Source of the DNA: an uncultured Planctomycetaceae bacterium | Lineage (GTDB): Bacteria; Planctomycetota; Planctomycetia; Pirellulales; PALSA-1355 | Assembly (NCBI GenBank): GCA_963785305.1 | Contig: CAWAUV010000008.1 | Location: 608,001-672,000 of the forward strand | Direction of reading: 5' to 3' | DNA: 64,000 nt | In this document: piece by piece, positions 23,783 to 34,470 of the stretch | Position numbering within the stretch: the first letter of the stretch is position 1 | How the letters are laid out: each line of letters opens with the position of its first letter | Program-made: the position numbers and the translations under genes | The notes under the pieces: generated by a model | The model's database searches: none | Told to the model about the DNA's origin: nothing | What the model saw: the letters and a program-made list of their open reading frames with translations, nothing else

Positions 23783-25767
23783 TCAGGTATCGAGCCAGTG
23801 GCGGTGCCAGAGTTCCAGCGAGCAGGAGCGCCCAGAGGCGGTGGCCGTGGTCCCAGGCGCCGCTGGCATGTTCGGAGAGCAGACGATCGATGGCCGCGGG
23901 CCGGAAGTAGCCACGCTCGAGCGATCGGCCGTCGAGCAAGGTCTCGCGAGCACGCGCGGCCAGCGAGCCGCGAAACCAGCGGGCCACCGGCGCCGCGAAG
24001 CCCTGCTTGGGCCGGCGGGCGATCGGCCGCGGCAAGAGCTCGGCGAAAGCTCGCTTGAGAATCCACTTCGTTTGCCCGCCGCGGAGCTTCATCCTCAGCG
24101 GCAAGCTGGCCACGAGCTCGACAAGTCGGTGGTCGAGAAAAGGCTGCCGGCATTCGAGGCCATAAGCCATCGAAGCCATGTCGACTTTCGTGAGCAGATC
24201 GCAGGGCAAATAGGTGGTCATGTCGGCGAGGCTCGCCGCCGACACCGCGTCGCGCCTCCCGCCGCGCTCAAACGCCTCGGCGAGAAAATCGAAAGGGTCG
24301 CCGCTCGCCGATGGCATGTCGCCGCCGTCGCCAAGCAGCGCGCCGCCCACGCGCTCGGCGGCGAGTCGGGCGACGAATTCATCGCTGTAGAGCTCGGCGC
24401 AACGCGCGAAGTGAAACACGCTGATCCATTCGGCATAGCGCCGGGAGCCGCTTTGGTCGAGCGCCTCGGCAAAGCGCCCCAGCCGCCGGCGCCACGGCGC
24501 TGCGGTCCGCTCTCGGCGGCGCGCGGAACCAGCGCGAGGTCAAGAGCCGGCGGCCCGGCGTCGGCAGGCGGTCGGCGCGCTCGGCCCATTGCACCGCCAG
24601 ATATCGCAAGTAGCCGATGAAGAGCTCGTCGCCGCCATCGCCGGTGAGCGCCACTTTCACATGCTCGCGCGAGTCGGGCCACGCACAGCGTCGGCAGCGC
24701 CGAGCTATCGCCAAACGGCTCGTCAAACGTGGCGACGAACCGCGGGAGCATATCCTCGGCATCGAGATCAACTTGCAGGTCGTGGTGTTCGGCGCCGAGC
24801 GACTCCGCCGCCAATCGCGCCCAGCGACTTTCGTCGTAGCTCGGGTCGGCAAAGCCAATGGCGAAGGTGCGGATCGGGGCCGATGTCGCCGGCGCATCAG
24901 CCCGGCCACGAGCGTCGAATCGACGCCGCCCGAGAGAAAGGCGCCGAGCGGCACATCGCTCCGCATTCTCGCGCGCACCGAGTCTTCGAGCCCGGCGCGC
25001 ACCGCGTCGACCGCCTCGGCGTCGGAAAGGTCGATCTCGCGCGAAAAATCGGGTCGCCAATAGCAGCCGATGCGAAATGAGCCCGGCTCGACCACGGCCC
25101 AGTGCGCCGGCGGCAGTTTCGACACGCCGGCAAGGATCGTCCGCGGATGCGGGACATATTGATACATGAGAAACGCGTCGATCGCCGTGGGGTCGACCGC
25201 GCGACCGATGCCCGGCGCCGCGAGAAGGCTTTTGAGTTCGCTGGCGAAAAGCAACCGGCGCCGATCGTGGGTATAAACGAGCGGCTTCTTGCCCAAGCGG
25301 TCGCGGGCGAGCACCAGCCGGCGGCGGCGCGAGTCCCACAGGGCCAGGGCAAACATGCCGTCGAGCCGCGCGAGAAAGTCGAGTCCCTCGTCTTCATAGA
25401 GATGCACGAGCGTTTCGGTATCGCTTTCCGAACGCAGGCGATGTCCGGCGCCCTCGAGCCGTCGACGGAGCTCGCGATAATTGTAGATTTCGCCGTTGAA
25501 GGTGACCCACACCGAGCCGTCTTCATTCGAGAGCGGCTGATGTCCACCTTCTAGGTCGATAATCGAAAGCCGGCGATGCCCCAGCGCCACGCCACCTCGG
25601 CGCGAGCGACCCTCGGAATCGAGTTCGCCGGGAAGGTCGAACGTGGACCGGAAGTAGCCCTCGTCGTCGGGCCCGCGATGCTCGAGCGCCCGAGTCATGC
25701 GGTGGAGCGAATCTTCGTCGAGAGCGGAGGCTGGGTCGAACCAAATTCCGCCGGCGATTCCGCACAT
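23783..25767 (-). CDS. asnB: Asparagine synthase (glutamine-hydrolysing)-like amidotransferase; frameshifted
   Basis: MCGIAG, HRGPD, FNGEIYN, FLSGGVDS, LTGDGGDELF, LLTKVDMASMA. Confidence 0.9.
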
Positions 25768-25797
25768 GACGAGAGGCAATCTTTGGGGACAACAGGT

Positions 25798-26980
25798 TCA
25801 AGGCGCCGCGGCCGCGGTCGGGGCTGACCGCGCGGGCGCTAGGAGCTCACGATACAGCGAGGCGAATCGCGCGACCATTGTTTCGACGCTGAATTCCCGC
25901 GCCACGCGCTCGCGGCCCGCCGCGCCCAGCCGCCGGGCGAGCAGTGGGTCCTCGAGCAGCCGGTAGGCATGTTTCGCGAGCGCCGCGCGATCGCCCACGG
26001 GAGCCAGAAAACCGGTCTCGCCAGGCACGACTAGGTCGCGCACCCCGGGAATATCGGTCGCCACCACCGGCAGCCCGGAGGCCATGGCTTCCATTACCGC
26101 GTTGGGCATTCCCTCGTAGCCACTCGTGAGCCAGAGCAATTGGCAGTGGGGGAGAATGCGGGCCACGTCGTCGCGATGGCCGAGAAAATGCACCTGATCG
26201 TCGATATGACACAAGCGACGATAGCGCTCGAGCGCCGCCCGCTCGGGACCATCGCCCACGATCAAGAGATGCACGTCGGAGAAGAGCACTTTCAAAAGAT
26301 CGGCGGCCCAGATCGCGTCTTTGACGCGTTTCTGCGGCCAAAGCCGCGCGACGAGCGCGATCAACCTCGCTTCGGGCGGCAGGCCCAACTCGGCCAAGAA
26401 GGCGGCGCGACCGGCGACGTCGGGCGGCGCTGCCCCGGAAGATGACGCGAACTCAAGCGACGGCGCATCCTCGGGTAGCGGCACGCCATTGGGAATAATA
26501 CGAAAGAGGCCCGGCGGGAGGCCCTCGCGGACATAAAAATCGCGCACTCCCGGGCTATTGACCACGATGGCGCGCGTTCCCCGGGCGAGCAGGCGATCGA
26601 TCGCCAGTTCGCGCCACGATTTCCAAGGATCGCGACACCGCTCGCTGGCCAGCACCACGGGAACTCCGGCGCAGGATTGCCGCGAGCCGACCATAGCTAT
26701 TGGCGGCGAAGAGCCACGTTTGCACTAAGTTGGGCCGGAGGCGGCGAATCTGCTTTTCCAATTGAAAATACGCCGCCGGGTCGAACTTCCATCGCTTGCC
26801 GATCACGGAGACTTCGGCCCCGGCCGCTTCGAGGTCGGCGGCCAGGGGACCGCCGCGCGTGAGCGCGCAGACATGGGTTTCGAATTCGTCGCGCGCGAGG
26901 CCCGCGGCGAGCAACGTGAGTTGCTTTTCGGCGCCGCCGCGGTCGAGTGTCGGAATAATGTGGAGAATGCGATGCGGCAT
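25798..26980 (-). CDS. GT4-family glycosyltransferase; frameshift near 26680
   Basis: ILHIIPTLDRGGAEKQ; EGMPNAVMEAMASGLPVVATD. Confidence 0.88.
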
Positions 26981-27049
26981 GCGGGTCGATCGAGAAGTTG
27001 GGCGAGCGATCCCAAGGCATGGGTGAACGGGAACGACCGACGCCGCGGT

Positions 27050-27586
27050 TCAGTTTGGCGGACCGGCCGCCAAGTCGGCGTCTTCGAGCACCGCCACATA
27101 GGGCAAGTGCCGATAGGCGTCTTGATAGTCGAGCCCATAGCCTACGACAAATGCATCGGGAATGTCGAACCCCACATAGTCCGGCGCGAGAGCCACCGCT
27201 TGGCGCCCCTGTTTGCGCAGCAGCACTAAAGTGCGCACCGTGAGCGCACCACATGAATCGAGCTGCGATACGAGCGCGGCGAGAGTATGGCCGGTGTCGA
27301 AAATATCGTCGACCAAGAGCACATCGCGGCCCCGCGTCTCGGGCAGCAGGCTCAGGTTGAGCACGAGCGAGCCCGGCGTGGTGGTGGCGCCTTGATAACT
27401 GCGGGCCTGCACCAGCCCCACCCGGAGGGGCAGGTCGATTTGGCGGATCAAATCGGCCAGGAGCACCATGCTGCCGGTGAGCACGCCGATGATGGTGAGC
27501 GGCCGGCGAGCATATTCCCGCGCGACTTCCTCGGCGAGTCGGCGCACGCCTTCGCGCAGTTGAACTTCATCGAGCAGAGGTTTCAC
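27050..27586 (-). CDS. hpt: Hypoxanthine phosphoribosyltransferase
   Basis: VLLVDDIFDTGHTL, FVVGYGLDY. Confidence 0.92.
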   Translation of the reverse strand: MKPLLDEVQLREGVRRLAEEVAREYARRPLTIIGVLTGSMVLLADLIRQIDLPLRVGLVQARSYQGATTTPGSLVLNLSLLPETRGRDVLLVDDIFDTGHTLAALVSQLDSCGALTVRTLVLLRKQGRQAVALAPDYVGFDIPDAFVVGYGLDYQDAYRHLPYVAVLEDADLAAGPPN

Positions 27587-27724
27587 GAGGCGCTCCGGGG
27601 CCGAGATGATTTTTCGCCCATTGTATGCCGCGCGGCGCGGGCCGCAAAGGCCGCGGCGGCCGCGCTCATCGCTCGGCCGCCCGCGGCTCGGCTTTCCATC
27701 GCTCGGCTCTTGGCCCACGATCGG

Positions 27725-28546
27725 TTACGCGCCCGTGGCGAGAGCGAGCTCCTTGAGCGCGTCGAGGGCGCGCAGCAGATCGTCGCGGCTCACATCGGCC
27801 CAGTCGCCGAGTTTGTGGCGGAGAATGCAGAGCTTAAATGCCTCGAAGGCGTCGCTCACATCCGCCGGCAGCGATGGCAAATCGGCCAAGGGACTTCGGC
27901 CGCCCGCGTATTCGGCGCTTCCCGGATCGGAGGGCGCGCGGCGAGCGGAGGATTCATCGTCGGCGTTGTCCTCTTCGTGGTCGTCGGTGTCGTTCGCTCC
28001 ACGAGAAGTTCGCGGCTCGGCGTCGCTCGCTTCGGTGGCCGAGGGATCGTAGACGGCGGTTTCGTGCGCATGAGCAGGCGCGTCGACGGCGAGATCGGCG
28101 TCGTCGTCGAGCGGTTCAGCGGTGGCGGTTTCGGCCGCGAGGCTCTCGCCGGATTCGGCGTCGTCGAGGCCGAGCGTCGCGGCGCGTTGGCGGCGCATGT
28201 CCATTACCGACCAGTCGTTTTGCACGGCGCCTTCGAGCCACATTTCGGCGTCGTCCCAGTCCGAGGCGGCTTGAAAATGGCTCCAGAAGAGGCCGCGGTA
28301 ATCATCGCGTGATTCGGCAAAGCGTTCCCAGGTGCGACGCAGCCGGCCGACATGCTGGCCGGTGACATTGCCGACCTCGCGGCTCCAGGCTTCGTCGCTC
28401 GCTTCGGCGGCCGAGGCGCCGGCTTCGAGTCGCGATTGGCGCCACTCGCAAATAATGCGGCCTTTGTCCCAGTTGGTGGTGCTTACCAGGCGGCGCCAAT
28501 GTCCCAGGTAGAGCTCGGTCGTCTCGTCGATCTGTTGCGTTTCCAT
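27725..28546 (-). CDS. Hypothetical protein with an acidic linker
   Basis: Long ORF with protein-like composition (LVSTTNWDKGRII...WSHFQAA). Confidence 0.7.
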   Translation of the reverse strand: METQQIDETTELYLGHWRRLVSTTNWDKGRIICEWRQSRLEAGASAAEASDEAWSREVGNVTGQHVGRLRRTWERFAESRDDYRGLFWSHFQAASDWDDAEMWLEGAVQNDWSVMDMRRQRAATLGLDDAESGESLAAETATAEPLDDDADLAVDAPAHAHETAVYDPSATEASDAEPRTSRGANDTDDHEEDNADDESSARRAPSDPGSAEYAGGRSPLADLPSLPADVSDAFEAFKLCILRHKLGDWADVSRDDLLRALDALKELALATGA

Positions 28547-28830
28547 GCTTGCTCCGCGCGGTCCTTTTTCTGAAATCATCTCCGGCAAGGGCGTCGGCAC
28601 ACGTGAGCCGAGCGACCCGAGGAAACGATTCTATCGACCGCCCCTTGGGCCGCGGGCAAAAAACCGGGACGAGGTCCGCGCGGTTGGCCGCCGCGCCCGA
28701 GCAATACGCCATATCCGCCAACGAATTACGTCGGCTCGGCGGGGACGCGAGCTGGACGCGGCCGCTGGGGATAACTTGTCGATGACGTGTCGACAAGCGG
28801 CTCATTTAGCGATTCCGGCGGCGGCTCATT

Positions 28831-30540
28831 TCAAGTCGGCGGGCGGCGGCGCGGGCGAGTTCTCGGCGGGGCGCGGCTCGGATTTCGCCTCGGCGGCGGT
28901 GGACAGGATAAACACCACGCGAATGTGCTTCGCGTCGCCGAAAGCCCCGGCGTCGAGCGAGGCCGAATCGGGCGACTGGGTTGCCGCGAGCGCCGGAGCG
29001 GGGGCAGGCGCGAGAGCGGGGGCAGGCGCCGGAGCAGCCGCGCCGAAAGCGGCGGCGTCGTGGTTTGTTGGTCCGCGCGCCGCGCCGTCGCTTGCAACGG
29101 CGTCGGCCTTGGACGCTTCGCGAGCCTGGGCGCTTCGCCCGACTTCATCGCCGGGCCCAGCTTGAGCGTCATCTTCGCCCCGCGACGGACAAACGCGCCC
29201 GGCGGAGCGGCGGCCGCGGGCGACGGGGACTGCGACTCGCCTTGCGTCGAGCGATAGTTGAGGCCGCGCTGTCGCGACAAGGATTCGTCCTCGGCGCTCG
29301 GTGGTATTTGCAGCGAATTTGGCCTGGGCGCTATCGGCGAGGGCGATCCGAGCGCGGCCGGGGTCGATGTGGAAGGGGCCGGCTGAATCACTTGCAGGTC
29401 GGCGAATGCGGCGGGTTGTTCGCGCATCTCATCGAGCAGCGCGGCAACCTGCCGAGGAGCGGCTTTGATCGTGACTCGTCGCTCGCGTTCCATAGTCTTT
29501 CCCGCGGCGAAATTGGCCGCGCCTTTTTCGGCGCCCTCCCGCGCCCCGGCCAATTGGCTCAGGCCGTTTTGTTCGGCGGCGTCGGATTCGGGGTCCTGCC
29601 GTTCGGGGTCTTGCGCCTCGATGGCATAGTGGGCGAGCAAATGGTCGAACGTCGCGCGCTCGATCGCCTCGGGCCGCAGCTCGCAGCGCACGACGAGCGT
29701 GGGTTCATGGTCTTGGCCTTTGCCCTCGCTCTCACCCTGGAGCGTGCTCGCGGCGCGATCCGTGTCACCTCGGGGCGGCGCGGCTTGCTTGTCGGTCAGT
29801 TGGTTCGCTTTGGGCATCGCGTCGGCCGGCGCGGCGGGAACCGGCGCATTGCCCGCTTGTTGCGATTCGGCCTCGGCCGCCACTCTTTTTCGCATTGGCG
29901 CTTCGGCCGGCGCCCCGGAAGCGATAGGCGCTTCGGCCGGCGCGGCGGCGGCGGCGGTCGGCGCTTCGGCAGGCGCGGAGGGACCCGCGTGGGCGCCCCG
30001 TGGGGGCGCGGCGCCGATCGATGCTTCGCCCGGCGGTTCGTCGGGCATGGCAATATGTCGCCGAGCGAAGCGATCTTCCCCGGAGTCTTGCTCCGCGTCC
30101 CGCTCCGTTTTCAACGGCTCCATTCGCCGCTGCTCCGGCCGCGCGGCGGGGGCTTCGGCGACTTGTTTGGGCCCGGGATTTTCGCCATGGAATTTAATCA
30201 ACAGCGCCGCCGCGAGCGTGAGCGCCGGCCAAACCCATGTCCGCCAAGTGCGTGGAAATCGCCAGCGTGGGGCGTCGGCCGCGGCGAGTGAATCATGCGC
30301 CGATTTCGGGGAACTGAGCACTTGGCGTTCGGCTTCGGCTAGCACCCGCGCATCGAGATTGCGGTTGAGCTTGAATCGGGGCAGCGCCCGGATGCTGGCC
30401 CGCAAGGAGCGCATCTCTTCAAGACACTGCCGCCACGCCGCGCTTTGACCGAGCTGCTGTTCGACGAGCGCGCGCTCGTCGGGCGTTACCTCGTCGTCGA
30501 GGTAGGCGCTGAGCAGTTCTTCATTCACCGGTTCGGTCAT
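28831..30540 (-). CDS. Anti-sigma factor (zf-HC2-like N-terminus, TM, disordered C-terminus)
   Basis: ELLSAYLDDEVT...; directly downstream of the ECF sigma; the C-terminus may be frameshifted. Confidence 0.75.
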   Translation of the reverse strand: MTEPVNEELLSAYLDDEVTPDERALVEQQLGQSAAWRQCLEEMRSLRASIRALPRFKLNRNLDARVLAEAERQVLSSPKSAHDSLAAADAPRWRFPRTWRTWVWPALTLAAALLIKFHGENPGPKQVAEAPAARPEQRRMEPLKTERDAEQDSGEDRFARRHIAMPDEPPGEASIGAAPPRGAHAGPSAPAEAPTAAAAAPAEAPIASGAPAEAPMRKRVAAEAESQQAGNAPVPAAPADAMPKANQLTDKQAAPPRGDTDRAASTLQGESEGKGQDHEPTLVVRCELRPEAIERATFDHLLAHYAIEAQDPERQDPESDAAEQNGLSQLAGAREGAEKGAANFAAGKTMERERRVTIKAAPRQVAALLDEMREQPAAFADLQVIQPAPSTSTPAALGSPSPIAPRPNSLQIPPSAEDESLSRQRGLNYRSTQGESQSPSPAAAAPPGAFVRRGAKMTLKLGPAMKSGEAPRLAKRPRPTPLQATARRADQQTTTPPLSARLLRRLPPLSRLPPLRRSRQPSRPIRPRSTPGLSATRSTFAWCLSCPPPPRRNPSRAPPRTRPRRRPPT

Positions 30541-30583
30541 AAACGATCTCGACCCCAGGCTCGCCGTTCGCCGCGGGTTTTTC

Positions 30584-31147
30584 CTAGTGGGCGTCTTCTT
30601 GAAGCATGGCTTTCAAATGGGTCCGCAGTTCGGCGCGGGCACGAAACAACCAACTGCGCACGGTGCCCACCGGCAGTTCGAGCATCGCGGCGATGGTTTC
30701 ATAGCAACAATCATCGAGTTCTCGCAACACGAGGATCGCGCGGTGCTCGTCGCTGAGCATCGCGAGCGCCGCGCGCACCTGGGCGCCGCGCTCGTCGCGC
30801 GCCAAGGCGGCGTCGGGCGATTCGACCGGGCTGGACGGCTCTTCTCCGGTCGCGTCCTTGCTGGCGTCGAGCGAGAGCGTGCGCCGCTGGCGGCGTCGGA
30901 GGGTGATGGCCAAATTAAACGCAATCCGATAGAGCCAAGTGTAAAACGCGGCTTGCCGTGTGAACGAGTCGAGCTTGACGAAGGCTTGCACGAAGGCGTC
31001 TTGGGTCACATCGCGCGCGTCGTCGGCCGAGCCGAGCAGTTGCGCCATCGAATTGAACAGTCGATCCTGGTATTTCAGGACCAATTGGCCAAACGACGCG
31101 GACCGGCCGGCCAGCGCTTCGTCAATGAGCTGGGTGTCGTCGCTCAC
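30584..31147 (-). CDS. ECF sigma-70 factor
   Basis: DARDVTQDAF, FYTWLYRIAFN, YETIAAMLELPVGTVRS. Confidence 0.93.
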   Translation of the reverse strand: MSDDTQLIDEALAGRSASFGQLVLKYQDRLFNSMAQLLGSADDARDVTQDAFVQAFVKLDSFTRQAAFYTWLYRIAFNLAITLRRRQRRTLSLDASKDATGEEPSSPVESPDAALARDERGAQVRAALAMLSDEHRAILVLRELDDCCYETIAAMLELPVGTVRSWLFRARAELRTHLKAMLQEDAH

Positions 31148-31165
31148 CCGGCGCCCTCGGAATGG

Positions 31166-31194
31166 TTAGACGCTCGCGCCCTCGGCCGAGTTCC
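31166..31194 (-). promoter_or_regulatory. ECF (sigmaE-like) promoter, probably autoregulatory
   Basis: Minus strand GGAACT-17 bp-GTCTAA immediately upstream of the ECF gene. Confidence 0.7.
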
Positions 31195-31543
31195 CTCGGG
31201 CGGCTGGGGCGAGCGCGGAATAAAAGATGGGCTCGAAAAAAACGGGAAAAACGGCAAAAGCGGCATTGCGAGCCATCGATCGCTCCAACCGCTAGCGTTC
31301 TGTTTTCCCAAGCCGAGAGATGAATGTCAAACCGCCGCAGGATGCCGATTGGGGTCGCCCGGGCCGCGTGGTCCCAGCGGGCGAGCTCATCGGCGTGTTT
31401 GTCGCGGCTTGGCCGGGCGCGGCGAAGTTCGCCCGTTCGCGACACGCGTCGCCATTGCCAATCGAGCGCGAGGTTCTTATCGTGAAATTGCATCGCCTTC
31501 GGTCCGTTATAAATTCGCCGTTCCTCTTTGCGAGATCTCATCC

Positions 31544-32748
31544 ATGTGCCGTTTTGTCCCGCCGGCGGTGTTTTGCCCCCTAGGTTCTCGCGGCCGAGCA
31601 TGGAGATGGCGACCTAGCGGCTTGCTCGCCCGCGGCACGCTTGCCGTTTGGGCGGCCCTCGCGGCTGGGCTCGCGCTGCCGGCCCGGGCCCAAGACGGGA
31701 TCGACGACGACGAATCGGCCTCTCATCGCAAGGAGCAGTTCGAGCAACTCGCCCAAGAAGTGTCGCTGCTCGAGCGGCAGAGCAATGTGCTTAAAAAAGT
31801 GGTCAAACTCGTCGGGCCGACGGTCGTGCATATCGACGCCGACAAAAGCCTCTACGGCCGCCATAGCGATGTGGAAGAGGCCGGTTCGGGTTTCATCGTG
31901 AAGTTTGGCGAGCGGCCCTATGTGATCACCAATCGCCATGTGATCAAAAACGCGACGCTCGTCGATATTCGCATCCGGCTTACCGACGGCCGGGTGCTGA
32001 ATCCGACCAAAGTCTGGAGCGACCCGGAAACCGACATCGCGGTGATGGGAGTGCCCGACTCTCGGCTGCCCACCTCGCAATTGGCCGACAGCAATCTGGT
32101 CGAGATCGGCGATTTCGTGCTGGCGATCGGGAGTCCGTTTGGGCTGAGCCATTCGGTCACGTTTGGCATCATCAGCGCCAAGGGACGCCGCGACTTGAAG
32201 CTCGGCGACGAAGTGCATTTCCAGGACTTCCTCCAGACCGACGCCGCGATCAATCCCGGCAATAGCGGCGGACCGCTCATCAATCTTCGCGGCGAAGTCG
32301 TGGGCATGAACACCGCCATCGCCAGCAGTTCCGGCGGCAGCGAAGGCATCGGCTTCACGATTCCGATCAACATCGTGATGGTCGTGGCCAAGCAGTTGGT
32401 CGAACGTGGGGCGGTGCAACGGGCTTTCATGGGCGTGGCGCTCGATCGCAAGTTCAGCCCGGCCGTGGCCGTGAGCGTCGGCCTGCGGCGGCCGCGCGGG
32501 CGCATATCACGCGTGTCACGCCGGGATCGCCGGCCGAAGCGGGCAAATTGCTCGCCGGCGACGTGGTGCTGAAGTACGATGGCGTTCCGGTGGACGATGA
32601 CCTGCACCTGATCAACATGGTGAGCCTCACGGAAGTGGGGCGCGTCGTGCCGCTGGTCGTGTTTCGCAATCAGCAACTCGTGAATCTGGCGGTCAAGGTC
32701 GGCGCCGCTCCGCCCAAGGAGCCCGCCGTCGCGCCTGCAAAGAAGTGA
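31544..32748 (+). CDS. HtrA/DegP-like serine protease with PDZ domain; frameshift near 32500
   Basis: GSGFIV, TNRHV, DIAV, QTDAAINPGNSGGPL; the PDZ continues in ORF 32548..32748. Confidence 0.9.
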
Positions 32749-32818
32749 GACCGGTGAAGAAGTGCCGACGAGCTCGCGACATCGTGATTGCCATCTTCGC
32801 GTTGAAACGGAACTCCCC

Positions 32819-34276
32819 ATGGTTCGATTTCCGCTGGCCGTGCGTCTTTGCGTTTCGATTGCTTCGGTTTTGCTGATTGGGCGCATGGTCCACGCCGCCG
32901 ATGGCGGTCGCCCCGCCGCCGATCGCGCGGTGGTGCTGGTGAGCATGGATGGTCTGGCCGGGTTCTACCTCGATGATCCCAAGGCCGACATGCCCACGTT
33001 GCGCCGCTTGGCTCGCGAGGGCGCACGGGCCAGCGGCATGGTGTGTGTTTTCCCCACGAACACTTGGCCAAACCACACAACGCTCGTCACCGGAGTCGCG
33101 CCCAGCGTGCATGGAGTGCTCAGCAATTCGTTTATCGATCGGGCCACGCAAAAAACAGTCACCCTGCTTTGCGACCCCGTGTTCGACAAAGACGAAATCG
33201 TGAAGGCGCCCACGGTGTACGACGCCGCGCACGCGGCCGGACTCAAGACCGCGTCGGTCATTTGGCCGGCCACGCGCAACGCGAAGTCGATCGACTGGAC
33301 CGTGCCCGACATGTTGGGCGACGCCTGGAAGCAATATGGCACGGCCTCGTGGCTCGACGAGTTGCGAAGCGAGGGCGTTCCGGTCGACATGCAAGGCGCC
33401 TGGTGCACGGCCACCCACGGCGGACCTTGTCGCGACTGGCTCTACGCGCGCATGGCGGCCCAGGTGATCGAGAAACATGCCCCGAATCTGCTCATGGTGC
33501 ATTTGGTCGAGATTGACCATGTGGAGCATCGCGCCGGACCGAGCTCGCCCGATGCCTATTGGGCAGTGCGCTATGGCGACGATCGGCTTCGCGATATCGT
33601 CGAAGCGATCGAGCGCTCGCCCCGCCGCGACCGAACAACGCTGATCGTGGTGAGCGATCATGGATTCTTCCCAATCGATATCGAGATTCGACCAAATGTG
33701 CTGCTCAAGCAGCTTGGGCTCGTGCCCAGCGGGGCCAAGTCGAGCGACGCGAAATCCAATGACGCGAAATCGAGCGATGTAAAAAGCGCCAATGGCGGCG
33801 CGCCCAAGCGGCTGGCGTGGTCGATCAGCCAGGGCGGCGCGGCTCAACTCACGATCTTCGACGACTCGCGCCGCGCCGAAATCAGGGCGCAACTGCTCGA
33901 GCTCTTGCCGCGCGTCGAAGGCGTGGCGGCGGTGTATGGCCCCGATCGGTTCCATGAAATCGGGCAAGCCACGCCGGCCGAAGACCCGCACGCGCCCGAT
34001 CTCTGGCTGGCGGCCAAGCGCGGTTACTCGTTCAGCGATAGCGACCAGGGCGACAATATAAGATTGCCGCGCGACAGCCACGCCGGCGCCCACGGCTACT
34101 TGCCGGATAATAGCGAACTCGAGGCGACCTGTGTGCTGTCGGGCGCGGGTGTGCGCCACGGCGGTTCGTTGGGGAAGATCAGCAATCTCCAAATCGCTCC
34201 CACGATCGCGAAGCTTCTCGAACTCGAATTGCCCACCGCCAAGTCCCCACCGCTCTCGGCGGGCTTGAAACAATAA
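32819..34276 (+). CDS. Alkaline-phosphatase-superfamily nucleotide pyrophosphatase/phosphodiesterase
   Basis: LVSMDG, PTNTWPNHTTLVTG, VSDHG, GAHGY. Confidence 0.88.
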   Translation: MVRFPLAVRLCVSIASVLLIGRMVHAADGGRPAADRAVVLVSMDGLAGFYLDDPKADMPTLRRLAREGARASGMVCVFPTNTWPNHTTLVTGVAPSVHGVLSNSFIDRATQKTVTLLCDPVFDKDEIVKAPTVYDAAHAAGLKTASVIWPATRNAKSIDWTVPDMLGDAWKQYGTASWLDELRSEGVPVDMQGAWCTATHGGPCRDWLYARMAAQVIEKHAPNLLMVHLVEIDHVEHRAGPSSPDAYWAVRYGDDRLRDIVEAIERSPRRDRTTLIVVSDHGFFPIDIEIRPNVLLKQLGLVPSGAKSSDAKSNDAKSSDVKSANGGAPKRLAWSISQGGAAQLTIFDDSRRAEIRAQLLELLPRVEGVAAVYGPDRFHEIGQATPAEDPHAPDLWLAAKRGYSFSDSDQGDNIRLPRDSHAGAHGYLPDNSELEATCVLSGAGVRHGGSLGKISNLQIAPTIAKLLELELPTAKSPPLSAGLKQ

Positions 34277-34295
34277 GCTCGACTATTTCGGCCGT

Positions 34296-34470
34296 CCGCT
34301 TCTCGGCGTCAGGCGCCTCGCTGCCAGCGAGCGAGCATCATCTGGTTCTGGCAATTGCCTATCACACCCGCTTCTCGGCGTCAGGCGCCTCGCTGCCGTG
34401 GTCGGATGTCGATATCGCCGTCCCCTCCGCCGGATCACACCCGCTTCTCGGCGTCAGGCGCCTCGCTGCC
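34296..34470 (-). CRISPR. Orphan CRISPR-like mini-array: 3 repeats (37 bp) and 2 spacers (35 and 36 bp); orientation inferred
   Basis: atcacacccgcttctcggcgtcaggcgcctcgctgcc is identical at 34361-34397 and 34434-34470; a 30-bp partial copy lies at 34296-34325; the spacers are unrelated to each other; no cas genes in the window. Confidence 0.5.

Noticed and set aside
30587..31543. N-terminal extension of the 661-aa HtrA ORF
   Set aside because: It is antisense to the ECF sigma gene; the real start is near 31544.
33734..33793. 15-bp degenerate repeats (AKSSD/AKSND) in the phosphodiesterase
   Set aside because: In-frame low-complexity loop with no spacers; not an array.
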